Below are positions 48,030 to 58,256 of a stretch of 64,000 nucleotides of DNA, in pieces. Below the pieces are notes generated by a model. That model saw nothing but the letters and a program-made list of their open reading frames with translations. It ran no database searches and was not told where the DNA came from. Source of the DNA: Rebecca billardiae RCC1528 (Eukaryota > Protista > Haptophyta); NCBI GenBank assembly GCA_965240325.2, contig OZ251243.1, positions 62,001-126,000 on the forward strand, in the 5' to 3' direction. The position numbers and the translations under genes are program-made. Position 1 is the first letter of the stretch, and every line of letters starts with the position of its first letter.

Positions 48030-51000
48030 ATGCGGCGCTTGACGTCGCGCGGCGGCGAGGGCGACAAGAGCCCGGCGAGCGGCGCCGGCGGCTCGCCCGC
48101 AAGCCTCCGGCGCAGCCGCCGCTCGCCGCTGAGCATTGTGACCGGCGGCGAGCCGTTGGCGGCCGGCGGCGGGCCGGCGCCCGCCGCGGCGGCCGGCGCC
48201 CCCCCCGCCGTGCCCGACGAGCAGATCGACGCGCTTTTCGCGCAGCACGGCCTCACCGCCGACGCCGCGCGCCTGCGCGCGCGGCTGCCGGGCGCCTACG
48301 CCGCGCGCCCCGGCGCCGTGCGGCTGAGCCGCGAGCAGTACGAGAGTGCTCGGCGCGCGCTCGCCGACGTCGCGTCCGAGGTGGAGCGGTTCCACGGGCA
48401 CGTGCTGCGCGGCTCGCTGGAGCAGCCGCCCGAGCTGGGGCGCAGCGTGCTGCGCGTGTACGTCTCCGCCGCGCCCGAGGACACGCCCGACGAGCGCGCG
48501 GCGCTCGAGGAGCACGTGTGGCCGCGCGCGCGCGCGCTCGCGCGCGAGTGCGGCGCATCGTTCGAGGCGTGCGAGCTGGCGCGCGCGCTCGGCGTGGGCG
48601 GGCCGTGCACCGACGCGCTCGCGATGCGCACGCTCCGCGCCTGCCGCCGCGACTCCGCCGGCCTCTTCTTCATCTCGCTCTGGTCGGGCGAGCCGGGCGC
48701 GCGCGCGCCGCCGGAGTCGCTGGACGCGCCGCGGCTCGAGCGGCTGCTGCCGCTGCTCTCGGCCGCGGAGCGCGCGCTGATCGACGCGTGCTACGCGCCG
48801 GACGAGGGGGCGGTGCCGCTGCGCTACGTCCGCCGCCCCTTCGCCCGCGCCTCCGAGCTCGAGCGCGCGCGCGCCGTCCTCCTCCGCGCGTCCGCCTCGG
48901 GCGCGTGGCCCGCGTCGCTGCGACACGCGGAGCTGCTCACGTCTGCGGCGGAGGCGGAGCTGGCGGAGGCGCTGGCGGGGCCGCGGCCGAGGCAGCGGCT
49001 GGGCGGGCGCGGGCAGCGGCCCGGGCGCGACGGCGTGCCCGTGCGCGTCCTGTGGGCGCCGCGCGACCTCGACGGGCCCGCCGCCGCCGCCGCCGCCGCC
49101 GCGGCCGCCGCCGCGGAGCGCGCGGCCGCCTCGACGGCCGCGGCCGCGGCCACGGCCGCCGGCAGCTCGTCGTCGGACGGCAGCGCGCGCAGCAGCAGCA
49201 GCGGCGGCGGGCGCGGCGGGCGGGTCGCGCGCGTGCCGCGCTCCGCCTCGGCGCGCCTCGGCCCGAGCAGCCCGCGCCCGCCCGCCGACGGCCGCCGCGC
49301 CAAGCGCCGCTCCACGCCCGCAGCCTCTGCTGCAGGCTCAGAGGCGAGCACGCGGCGCGCGGCCGCGCCGTGGCGGCAGCTGCTGGCGCTGGTGCACGCG
49401 CGCGCGTCGGGCGGCGGCGGCGAGGGCGGCGGCGCGGCGGCCGCGCCGCCCGACGCGCCGCCCGACGCGGAGGACGAGTCGGAGGGCGCCGACTCGATGC
49501 GCTCCGACGGCTCCGCATCCGACGGCGCCGCCGAGCAGCGCGAGGGCTCGCCCACCGTCCGCGCCGCGCGCTGGCTGCGCGCCGCCGCGGGGCTGGGCGC
49601 GTGCGTGCCGCGCGCGCGCCCGCCGCCTCGCTTCACGCCGGTCGCGCCGTACAACACGCCGGAGAACACCCCGCCGACGCGCGCGCGCTTCCCCTCGGTC
49701 GGGCGGCTTGGCAGCCTCGGCGGCGGCGTGCTGGCGCTGCCGGCGCAGCCGGCGCAGCCGCAGCCGGCACCGGCGCAGCAGCAGCAGCAGCCGCAGCCGC
49801 AGCAGCAGCAGCAGCAGCAGCCGCCGCAGCAGCAGCAGCAGCAGCAGCAGGCGCAGCAGCAGCACGCGCCGCACACGCCCAGCGCGCTCGGCACGCGGCC
49901 CACGCCCGCGACCGACGCGGCGGCGGCGGCGGCGAGCCTCGCCGCGCCGTCGACCGCGCCTCCTCCGCGCTCGGCCTCGCGCTCGCGCTCGCCCAGCCCC
50001 GCCGCGCGCTCTCGCGCCGACAGCGGCGCCGCCCAAGACGCGGCGGACGCGCTCGCGGGCGCGCGCGCGTTGCAGGGCTACGTGGAGGCGTGCGCGCAGC
50101 TGCCGACGGCGGTGCTGCTGCCGCCGGGCGGCGGCGCGGCGGCGGCGGCGGCGCTCCTCGGCGCGCCCGCCGCGCCCTCGCCGCCCACGCCGCTCACGCC
50201 GCTCACGTCGGGCGCGGCCGCCACCCCTCCGAGCGCGTGCGAGCGCGCCGCGAGTCGAGTCCCGCGGCCGCGCCGGCTGAGCCCCAGCAACCTGCCCGCC
50301 GCGCCCAGCCGGCTGAGCGCCAGCCCCAGCCGGCTCTCGGCGGCGAGCGACAGCGGCGGCGGCGGCGGCGGCAGCCGCTGGTCCCGGCTCTCCGGCGCGG
50401 GCGCGGGCGGCGGCGCGGGCGGCGGGCTCTCACCCGGCTCGGCCGACGCGGCCGACGCGCCGTCCGCGGCGGACGGCGCGGCCGCGCTGTGCGCCGCCGT
50501 GTGGGGCATCGTGTGCGCGCAGCTCGAGGGGCTCGCGCTGCGCTCCGAGCTGCGCGCGCGGCTGCTCGAGCGCCGGCTCGGGATGGCAGAGGGCCACGCG
50601 CGCGCCGTGTGCGAACACGCCGCGCTCTGCGCCGCGCGCGCCTCCTCCTTCTACGGGCGGGAGCGGCTGCAGCTCGCGCGACAGCTGGCCGCGTCGCCCG
50701 CGCGCGCGCTCGCGCTCGTCGGCCCGCCCGGCTCGGGCCGCGCCGCGCTGCTCGCCAAGGCGGCGACGCTGCTGGCGGAGTCGGGCACGCTGGTCCTCGT
50801 GCGCTTCTTGGGCGCGCCCCTCGGGCCCATCTCGCTCGAGTCGGCGCTCGCGTGCGCGTGCGCGCAGTGGCGTGTCGTCTCGGGCGGCGGCGCGCCGTTC
50901 GGTACGCTCGAGCAGGCGCTCTCGTCGATGCGCCACTCCGGACGGCCGGTGGCGATCGTGCTCGCCGACCTGGACGAGGCGGAGGACGTGCTCGGCCACG

Positions 51001-54000
51001 GCGCGGGGCCGGGCGTGGTTGGCGGCGCCGGCGGCGGCGCGGGCGGCGGCGCGGGCGGGGCGGCGGCCGGCGGCGCGCAGGGCGGCGCCGGCGTCGCCGC
51101 GGCGCCGGCCGCGGCCGCGGCCGGCTCGGCCGGCGGCGCGGCGGGCGCGGACGGCGGCGTGGCGCTGGGCGCGCCGCTGCTGCCGGCGCTGCCGCCCAAC
51201 GTGCGGCTGCTCTTCAGCTGCGTGCCCCTGCACCACCCGGAGAGTCGCGGCGGCGCGGCGTGCGCGCGCGCCACCGGCGCCGAGCTCGTCGACGTGGGCG
51301 GCCTCAGCGGCGCGGACGCGTCCGAGCTGGCGGAGCGCGCGGTGCGCGGCGCGGGGCGCGTGCTGCCCGCGGCCGCGCGCGCGCAGCTGCTCGCGTCGCT
51401 CGGCGACGCGCCGCTGCCGCTGCAGGTGCTGCTCGCCGCGCGGCGCGCGGCGCGCGCCTCCGCCGCCGCACCCACCGCCGCGCGTGCCGCCGCCGCCGCC
51501 GCCGCCGCCGCCTCCGCCGCACCACCCACCGCCGGCGCAGACGGCGGCGGCGCGCCCGACGCGCCTGCCGCCGCAGAGCCCGCCGCCGCACCGACCGCCG
51601 CCGCGGACGGCGCGGCGCCGAGCGCGGCGCCCGCCGCCGCGCCCACCGCGCCGGCGGCGGCGGAGGGCGCCGCCGTCCCGGCAGAGGGCGCGGCGGAGGC
51701 GCTCGGCGCCGAGCCCTCCGCCTCCGCCGCCGCCGAGCGGCGCGTGGCCTCGGAGGTGCGCGCCGAGCTCACGCGCGTCGAGCGGCGGCACGGCGCGCTG
51801 CTGGTGCGCCGCGTGCTCGGGCTGATCGGAGCGTCGAGGCGCGGGCTGAGCGTGCACGAGCTGTGCGACCTGCTCGCGCTTGACCCGGCGGTGTGTCACG
51901 CGCTCGGGCTCGGGGGCAGCCTCTCGGTCGCGCGCCGCCGCGTGCCCGCGCGCGTGTGGCTGCCTCTGCGCGACGACCTCGAAGGCGGGCTGCTCGCCGA
52001 GGCGGCCGAGCGCGGCGGCGGCGGCTTCCGGCTCGTGTGGTCGCACGCGCTGGTGGCGCGCGCGGCGACGGAGGCGCTGGGGCTCGGCGGCGGCGGCGGC
52101 GCGCACACGGCGCAGCTCGCCGAGTACTGGGCCGGGCGCGCGCCCGGCCCGGCCGAGGGCCAGGCGCTCAGCCTGCAGCTGGCGGCAGCCGCCACCGCGC
52201 CGCCGCCGCCGTCGCCTTTCGACGCCGGCGGCGCGCCGGGCGGCGGCGCGCGCGCGTGCCCCGCGCAGCCGGTGATCCTGCGCGGCGCGTTCGGCCACGT
52301 GCAGGCGGAGTGCCTGCAGCTCAACGCGCGCCGCCTCGAGGAGCGCGCGTGGCTGCTGCTGCGCCGGGCCGAGCCCACCGCCGCCGCGCACGAGCTCACG
52401 CGCAGCCTGGAGTACGCGGAGGCGCGCTGCCGGCTGGGCGGCGCGCGCGATTACCTCGCGGAGCTCAGCGCGGCCGCGGCGTCGCTCCGCGTGGACGGCG
52501 GGCCCGAGCAGCGAGACCGTGGCGCGGGCAGCGCCGACTCCGCCGAGGCGCACACGCGCGCGCTCGCCGCGCGCGCGCACGCCTTCCTTCGCCTGCTGCG
52601 CGCGCACGCGGCCGCGCCGCCGAGCGCTCGCCCAGACCTGCTGTCGCTTGCGCTGCGCGAGCCGGTGGGCTCGTCCGTGTTCGCTGAGGCGTGGGCGCTG
52701 CGCGCGGGCGGCGGCGGCTCGCACGACGCGCGCCGCCGCGCCGCCGCCGCCGCCTCCTCCTTCGCCGCCGCCGCGGGCGCCACCGCCGCCACCGCCGCCA
52801 CCGCCCCCTCCGCGCTCGGCCCCGCCGACGGCTGGGGCAGCGCGCGCGTGCTGTCCGTCTCACTGCCGCGGCGCGAGGCGTTGCCGCCCACCGAGCACAC
52901 GCTGCCCGCGGGCACGGAGGGCGCGGCGGTCGGCGCGGTCGCCGTCTCGGCCGACGGGCAGACCGCCGCCTCGGGCGACGACGCGGGCTTCGTCCGCGTC
53001 TGGTCCCTCGGCACAGGCCGGTGCGCGCGCGTGTTTGCCGCGCACGGCGCAGACGTGTGCGCGGTCGCCGTGTCGGCCGACGGCGGCCGCGTCGCCTCGG
53101 CCGGCTACGACGGCGCGGCGCGGCTGTGGGCGGTGCGCGCGGGCGCGTGCGCGCTCGCGCTGCGCGACGCGCACGGCGGGCACGTCGTGCGCGCGGTCGC
53201 GCTCTCCGCCGACGGCGCCACGCTCGTGAGCGGCGGCGACGACTGCGCCATCCGGGTGTGGGCGGCCGCGGGCGCGCGCGCGGGGCAGTGCGCGCGCACG
53301 CTGCGCGCGCACGGCGCGTGGGTGCGCGCGCTCGCGCTCTCGCCCGACGGCGCGCTGCTCGTCTCGGGCGGGAACGACGCGGCCGTGCGCGTGTGGAGCC
53401 TCGCCACCGGCGCGTGCGTCGCCACCCTCCTCGGCCACGCCGCCGAGCTCCTCACCGTCGGTGTGGGCGCCGACGGGCTGCACGTTGTCAGCAGCGCAGG
53501 GGACTCGAGCGTGCGTGTGTGGCCGCTGGCACCGCTGCTGCACGCGGGGCAGCAGCATGGCGGCGGCGGCGGCGGCGAGGGCGGCGCGGGCGTCGCCATC
53601 GAGGCGTCCGTCGTGCCCGCGCCCGCCGGCACGCGCGTGCTCAGCGCCGCGCTCGTTGGCTGCGCCTCCCAGCACGTCGTGCTCGGCTGCGCGGACGGGT
53701 CGGTGCGCACGCACCGCGTGGACAGCGGCGCCGCGGTGCGCGCGTGGATGGGCGGGCACGCGGGCTCGGTGCTGTGCCTCGCGCCCACGCCGTCAGGCGC
53801 GCACGTGCTCTCCGCCTCGCGCGACGGCAGCGTGCGCGTCTGGTCCACGCTCGCCGCCGCCGAGGACGACCCGGGGCAGCGCGCGCAGCCGGGCCACGCC
53901 AACTGGGTGTGGGCGGTGGGCCTGAGCGCGGACGGCAGGCGCGTGGTGAGCGCCTCTGCGGACGGGCAGGTGCGGCTGTGGGAGGGGTCGAGCGGCGTGT

Positions 54001-55757
54001 GCACGCGCGTGCTCTCCGCGCACGCGGACGGCGCCACGTGCGTCTGCATCTCCGCCGACGGCCGCCGCGTCGTCAGCGGCGGCGCAGACCGCCTCGTGCG
54101 CGTGTGGGCGGCGCGCACGGGCCGCTGCGAGGCGACACTCGACGCGGCGGCGGACGAGGCAACGCCCGCCGCCGCCGCGTCCGCCGCGTCCGCCGCATCC
54201 GCCGCGTCCGCGCTCGGCGGCGCCGACGGCGGCGCCGACGGCGCGGCGGGGCCCACCGGCGGCGCGCCGCCCGCCGAGCTCGGCGCGGCGGGCGCGCGCG
54301 CCGCCGCGCGCGCCGCCGCCGACGCGTGCGGCAGCGGCAGCGCCGAATCGTCCGACGCCGCAGACTGGGGCTCCGCAGAAGCGACGCAGCTGCTCGGCGG
54401 CGGCGGCAGCGGCAGCGGCTCGGCGCGGCGCGCGCACGTGCGGCCCACGCGCGGCGCCAAGGGCCGGCCAACGGACGGCGCGGCCGACGCCTCGGTCGGC
54501 GGCGACGGCGGCGGTGCCGGCGCCGCCGCCGCCGGCTCGGACGTCGGCGCGCGCTTTGAGTCGGACAGCGCGGGCTCTGCGGGCGGCCGGAGCGCGGACG
54601 CGGACGGCGGGGCGCGCGGCGGCGGCGGCGGCGGCGCCGAGGAGGAGGCGGCGCTGGAGGCCGAGGAGGAGGCGGAGGCGGAGGAGGAGGAGGAGGCGGC
54701 GGTGCTGAGCAACGTGGACGACGACGACGCCCCCGCCGAGCTGGGCGACGACGAGGACGACGAGGATGCGATGGACCCCGAGATCAGGGCGGCCGCGCTC
54801 GCCGCGCGCGCCGCCGCCAACGCCGCCTCCTGTCGCATCAACTGCGTCGCTCTCTCGCGCGATGGCAGCACGCTCGCGGGCGCGTGCGAGGACGGCGCGG
54901 TGCGGCTGTGGGCGCTGCCGCCCTCCGCAGCCGTGGGCGCGCGCGCCGGCGCCGTCAGCCCGCCCAAGCCGCTCGGCGCGCGCGGCGGCGGCGGCGGCGC
55001 CGCCGCCGACGGCTCGGCGCCGCCGCCAGACGCGCGCGCTCCCTACTCGCTGCTGCGCGTGTTGCTCGGGCATGAGGGCGTGGCGACGGGCGTCGCGCTG
55101 TCGCACAACGGGCGGCGCGCGCTCTCGTGCGGCCGCGACGGCAGCGTGCGCGCGTGGAACACGGCCAACGGCCGCTGCCTCCGCTCCCTCGCCGAGCACG
55201 ACGGCCGCGTGAACGGCGTGGCGCTCTCGCCGCACGCGTCGGTGGCCGTCTCGGGCGGCGCGGACGGCGCGCTGATCGTGTGGGACCTCGCGCAGGGCGC
55301 GTCGCGACACACGCTGCGCGCGCACCGGCTGCCGGTGCTGTGCGTCGCGCTCGCCGGCGGGCTGGCGGTGAGCGGCTCGACCGACCGCACGCTGCGCGTG
55401 TGGCGCGTCGACAGCGGCGCGTGCGTGCGCGTGCTCGCTGGGCACGAGCAGTGGGTCACCGCCGTCGCCTTCTCAGAGGACGCGCGCTCGATTGTGAGCG
55501 CGTCCACCGACAAGACGGTGCGCGTGTGGTCGTGGGCGGACGGCGCCGCCGCCGCCGCGGCGGGGCTCGAGAGCGCGCTCGGCGGCGGCGCCGACGCGGG
55601 CGGCGCCGCCGCCGCCGCGGGCGGCCGAGGCAGCAGCCTGCGCGCGCGCCAGCGGCTGGGCGCGATGCGCGCCACGCTCGAGACGGCGGTGATCGAGCCG
55701 CTGCGGCTGCAGAAGAGCCGGCTGAGCGCGGCGTCCCCCAGCTCGGGCACTGACTGA
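48030..55757 (+). CDS. NWD1/NWD2/TEP1-like protein: DUF4062-like N-terminal domain, degenerate NACHT/STAND NTPase, many WD40 repeats
   Basis: VLRVYVSAAPEDTPDERAAL N-terminal motif; ALVGPPGSGRAALLAK (Walker A-like); IVLADLDE (Walker B); SRRGLSVHELCDLL; more than 12 GH...SG..D..VRVW repeats. Likely ATG at 48030. Confidence 0.88.
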   Translation: MRRLTSRGGEGDKSPASGAGGSPASLRRSRRSPLSIVTGGEPLAAGGGPAPAAAAGAPPAVPDEQIDALFAQHGLTADAARLRARLPGAYAARPGAVRLSREQYESARRALADVASEVERFHGHVLRGSLEQPPELGRSVLRVYVSAAPEDTPDERAALEEHVWPRARALARECGASFEACELARALGVGGPCTDALAMRTLRACRRDSAGLFFISLWSGEPGARAPPESLDAPRLERLLPLLSAAERALIDACYAPDEGAVPLRYVRRPFARASELERARAVLLRASASGAWPASLRHAELLTSAAEAELAEALAGPRPRQRLGGRGQRPGRDGVPVRVLWAPRDLDGPAAAAAAAAAAAAERAAASTAAAAATAAGSSSSDGSARSSSSGGGRGGRVARVPRSASARLGPSSPRPPADGRRAKRRSTPAASAAGSEASTRRAAAPWRQLLALVHARASGGGGEGGGAAAAPPDAPPDAEDESEGADSMRSDGSASDGAAEQREGSPTVRAARWLRAAAGLGACVPRARPPPRFTPVAPYNTPENTPPTRARFPSVGRLGSLGGGVLALPAQPAQPQPAPAQQQQQPQPQQQQQQQPPQQQQQQQQAQQQHAPHTPSALGTRPTPATDAAAAAASLAAPSTAPPPRSASRSRSPSPAARSRADSGAAQDAADALAGARALQGYVEACAQLPTAVLLPPGGGAAAAAALLGAPAAPSPPTPLTPLTSGAAATPPSACERAASRVPRPRRLSPSNLPAAPSRLSASPSRLSAASDSGGGGGGSRWSRLSGAGAGGGAGGGLSPGSADAADAPSAADGAAALCAAVWGIVCAQLEGLALRSELRARLLERRLGMAEGHARAVCEHAALCAARASSFYGRERLQLARQLAASPARALALVGPPGSGRAALLAKAATLLAESGTLVLVRFLGAPLGPISLESALACACAQWRVVSGGGAPFGTLEQALSSMRHSGRPVAIVLADLDEAEDVLGHGAGPGVVGGAGGGAGGGAGGAAAGGAQGGAGVAAAPAAAAAGSAGGAAGADGGVALGAPLLPALPPNVRLLFSCVPLHHPESRGGAACARATGAELVDVGGLSGADASELAERAVRGAGRVLPAAARAQLLASLGDAPLPLQVLLAARRAARASAAAPTAARAAAAAAAAASAAPPTAGADGGGAPDAPAAAEPAAAPTAAADGAAPSAAPAAAPTAPAAAEGAAVPAEGAAEALGAEPSASAAAERRVASEVRAELTRVERRHGALLVRRVLGLIGASRRGLSVHELCDLLALDPAVCHALGLGGSLSVARRRVPARVWLPLRDDLEGGLLAEAAERGGGGFRLVWSHALVARAATEALGLGGGGGAHTAQLAEYWAGRAPGPAEGQALSLQLAAAATAPPPPSPFDAGGAPGGGARACPAQPVILRGAFGHVQAECLQLNARRLEERAWLLLRRAEPTAAAHELTRSLEYAEARCRLGGARDYLAELSAAAASLRVDGGPEQRDRGAGSADSAEAHTRALAARAHAFLRLLRAHAAAPPSARPDLLSLALREPVGSSVFAEAWALRAGGGGSHDARRRAAAAASSFAAAAGATAATAATAPSALGPADGWGSARVLSVSLPRREALPPTEHTLPAGTEGAAVGAVAVSADGQTAASGDDAGFVRVWSLGTGRCARVFAAHGADVCAVAVSADGGRVASAGYDGAARLWAVRAGACALALRDAHGGHVVRAVALSADGATLVSGGDDCAIRVWAAAGARAGQCARTLRAHGAWVRALALSPDGALLVSGGNDAAVRVWSLATGACVATLLGHAAELLTVGVGADGLHVVSSAGDSSVRVWPLAPLLHAGQQHGGGGGGEGGAGVAIEASVVPAPAGTRVLSAALVGCASQHVVLGCADGSVRTHRVDSGAAVRAWMGGHAGSVLCLAPTPSGAHVLSASRDGSVRVWSTLAAAEDDPGQRAQPGHANWVWAVGLSADGRRVVSASADGQVRLWEGSSGVCTRVLSAHADGATCVCISADGRRVVSGGADRLVRVWAARTGRCEATLDAAADEATPAAAASAASAASAASALGGADGGADGAAGPTGGAPPAELGAAGARAAARAAADACGSGSAESSDAADWGSAEATQLLGGGGSGSGSARRAHVRPTRGAKGRPTDGAADASVGGDGGGAGAAAAGSDVGARFESDSAGSAGGRSADADGGARGGGGGGAEEEAALEAEEEAEAEEEEEAAVLSNVDDDDAPAELGDDEDDEDAMDPEIRAAALAARAAANAASCRINCVALSRDGSTLAGACEDGAVRLWALPPSAAVGARAGAVSPPKPLGARGGGGGAAADGSAPPPDARAPYSLLRVLLGHEGVATGVALSHNGRRALSCGRDGSVRAWNTANGRCLRSLAEHDGRVNGVALSPHASVAVSGGADGALIVWDLAQGASRHTLRAHRLPVLCVALAGGLAVSGSTDRTLRVWRVDSGACVRVLAGHEQWVTAVAFSEDARSIVSASTDKTVRVWSWADGAAAAAAGLESALGGGADAGGAAAAAGGRGSSLRARQRLGAMRATLETAVIEPLRLQKSRLSAASPSSGTD

Positions 55758-56712
55758 GGGATGCGCGCGGCAGGCGTCCACGAGGGCGGTGACGTGGCGA
55801 TTGATGATGGCGAGGCGGGCCACGCGCATCCTCCCGTGACGGCCCGGTGACGGGCCACAGCCTTGCCTCCTCATCATCGTGATCGTGACGACAGCATCGT
55901 CAGGCAGCCTCAGCTAGCTTGAGCTGATGTTAACAAGTGTGCACGTTAAAACATAGTAAGGCGTCAATCTCGCCTGCCTGAGCTGTGTGCGTCTCTTATT
56001 CTTAGTAAACTGTAGTGCCGACGAACCGACACGCGTAGTCATGACCGATGCGGATGCGCTGTTGTCTCAGTCTGCTCTACGCCACTACTACTCCGACTGA
56101 CGACGACCCTGTCGGCACCGATGAGATATATCATCCGATCTATATATATATACGCAACAGGCTCGGCTCCGCGGGCGCGCCCGGGGCCGGGCCCGGCCCG
56201 CCGCACTTTGACGGAACCGAGACAGCAGCTTCTAGGAGCTACGGCCCGGCCTACGCACGCCTACGGCTCATAGCATTGCCCCGCAGTGTCACCAGTGTGA
56301 TACGGCTCTGCTCGTTACGGGTACGGTCCGTGAGCATAGTCGCGGTGACCGCGCGCGCCGCCGCGGCCTCCAGACCGTCCAGAGTGCGGCATAACTCGTG
56401 CAGCCGCGCCAGCCCGACACGGGCCGGGGCGGCTCTCACGAGCCCATCTAGCGTGCGAGGCGACGCAACGACCTCCTCTGCTGTGGTAGTATCCGCGTGC
56501 GTGCCGTCGTGGAAGTGCTGAAGTGTCACGTACCGAGTGCCGTTGGTGGGCACTCCCCCACGTGCCCCACGCATACGATGCGCGGACGGCCCGCCATCGT
56601 GCGATCAAGTTTATTGGAGATCGACTTCGGACGAAGTTCGGAGTTCAGCTGTTCAGGGCCCCGCGCCGCCCGAACGGCGCGTCGCGGCACCCATCGCTCG
56701 CTCCACACGCCG

Positions 56713-57621
56713 ATGCGCCGCCGTCTCGCGGCGCTGCAGCTCGCGGCCTTCTCGGCGTCGGCGGCGCGCGGCCTCGGGGCGACCTCGATCGTCGAGCTCG
56801 AGGCGCGCGCCTCGCGCCTGCGCTCCGCGCTCGCGCTGCCGCCGCACGACGAGGCCGCGCTCGCGTTCGATTCGTCGTTCACGCGCGCGGACGGCACGCA
56901 GCGCGGCTGGTGCAACTGGCTCGTGCCCGGCCGGCTGATGGTGGGCCGGTACCCGCACGTCGACCCGATCAGCGCCCCCTCGCGCGCCGGCTCGCCCAGC
57001 TTCGTCGGCGGCCCCTCCGAGCCCGAGTGCGTGCAGCACCTCGAGCGGCTCGTGCGCGCGGGCGTGGACACGTACGTCTGCCTGCAGGCCGAGCTGCCGC
57101 CGCAGGACAAGACGTCGGCGTGGCCGTCGGACGGGCGCGTGCACCTCTCCGGCGCGGCGGGCGCGCGCTTCCCCGCCCCCTTCGTCCGGTACCACGCCGC
57201 CGCCGTCGACGCAAACGCACGCCTCCGCCCGGCCGCGCGCCGGCCGGGCTTTGTGCACTTCCCCATCCCGGACCTCTCAGTGCCTGCGCGCGAGGAGGAG
57301 CTGCGCGGGCTGCTGGACGGGCTGCTCGAGCGGGTGGAGCGCGAGGACGCGCGGCTGTACGTGCACTGCTGGGGCGGGCGCGGCCGCGCCGGCCTCGTCG
57401 GCGCCGCGCTGCTCGCGCTGCTGCGCCCCGAGCTGGACGCTCGCGCCGTGCTGCGCTGCACACAGGCCGCGTACGACACGCGCGCGGGCGCCAGGGGCAT
57501 GAAGGGCTCGCTCGCGCGCTCGCCGCAGACGGACGAGCAGCGCGAGTGGGTGGCGCACTTTGTCGAGCAGCTGAGCGCTGCGCGCGAGGAGCTCTCCAGC
57601 GGGGACGACGAGCAGGCGTAG
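56713..57621 (+). CDS. Protein tyrosine / dual-specificity phosphatase-family protein
   Basis: HFPIPD acid loop, LYVHCWGGRGRAG (CX5R), SPQTDEQ Q-loop. Confidence 0.9.
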   Translation: MRRRLAALQLAAFSASAARGLGATSIVELEARASRLRSALALPPHDEAALAFDSSFTRADGTQRGWCNWLVPGRLMVGRYPHVDPISAPSRAGSPSFVGGPSEPECVQHLERLVRAGVDTYVCLQAELPPQDKTSAWPSDGRVHLSGAAGARFPAPFVRYHAAAVDANARLRPAARRPGFVHFPIPDLSVPAREEELRGLLDGLLERVEREDARLYVHCWGGRGRAGLVGAALLALLRPELDARAVLRCTQAAYDTRAGARGMKGSLARSPQTDEQREWVAHFVEQLSAAREELSSGDDEQA

Positions 57622-58256
57622 GTGGGGAGTCCGGGCCGCGCCGCCTGCCGTCGTGAGTTACTGAGTAGTGCCGCCGGCGCCTCCGACTCATCCGAGACGA
57701 CGTCGACGATGATGGCGTGATGGCAGCACTTATATAATAAATATTGCCGGCTTGGCAGCGCCGATGACCGACGCTGATCCGCGCGCGATCGTCCGACCAG
57801 TCACTAGATGGATATATAGTATATCTGCTTCATCGGATATGAGACGAGCAGCTAGCGCGCGCTACTCCTCTCGTCGCGAGATGGCGCGGCTGATGATCCG
57901 ATGAGGCTGACGCCGATGCCGCTGCGCCATGCCGCCCGATGCGGCGATGCGCTGGCGTCTGACGAAGATGATCGATGAATGCAATCTGGCGCGGCAGCAT
58001 CGCGCGCAGCAGAAGCATATCAGCGCGGCGCAACGGCGCTGCTGCTGGTGATGCGCCTGCTGACTCGGACGACGATCACGATGCCAGCGGCAGCGCGTCG
58101 TCGCCGGACCGCCATGTTGGGTGCAGGGTGGGGCCATTGGCAACAACCAGCCTCCGTCGGGCCCGGGCGGCGGCGGTGAGTCACCGCCGCCTCGCCGCGA
58201 GGCTGCAATTGTATGTCGCTGCCATCGTATGTCGCGCGCGCGGGCTCGCGCCGAGC

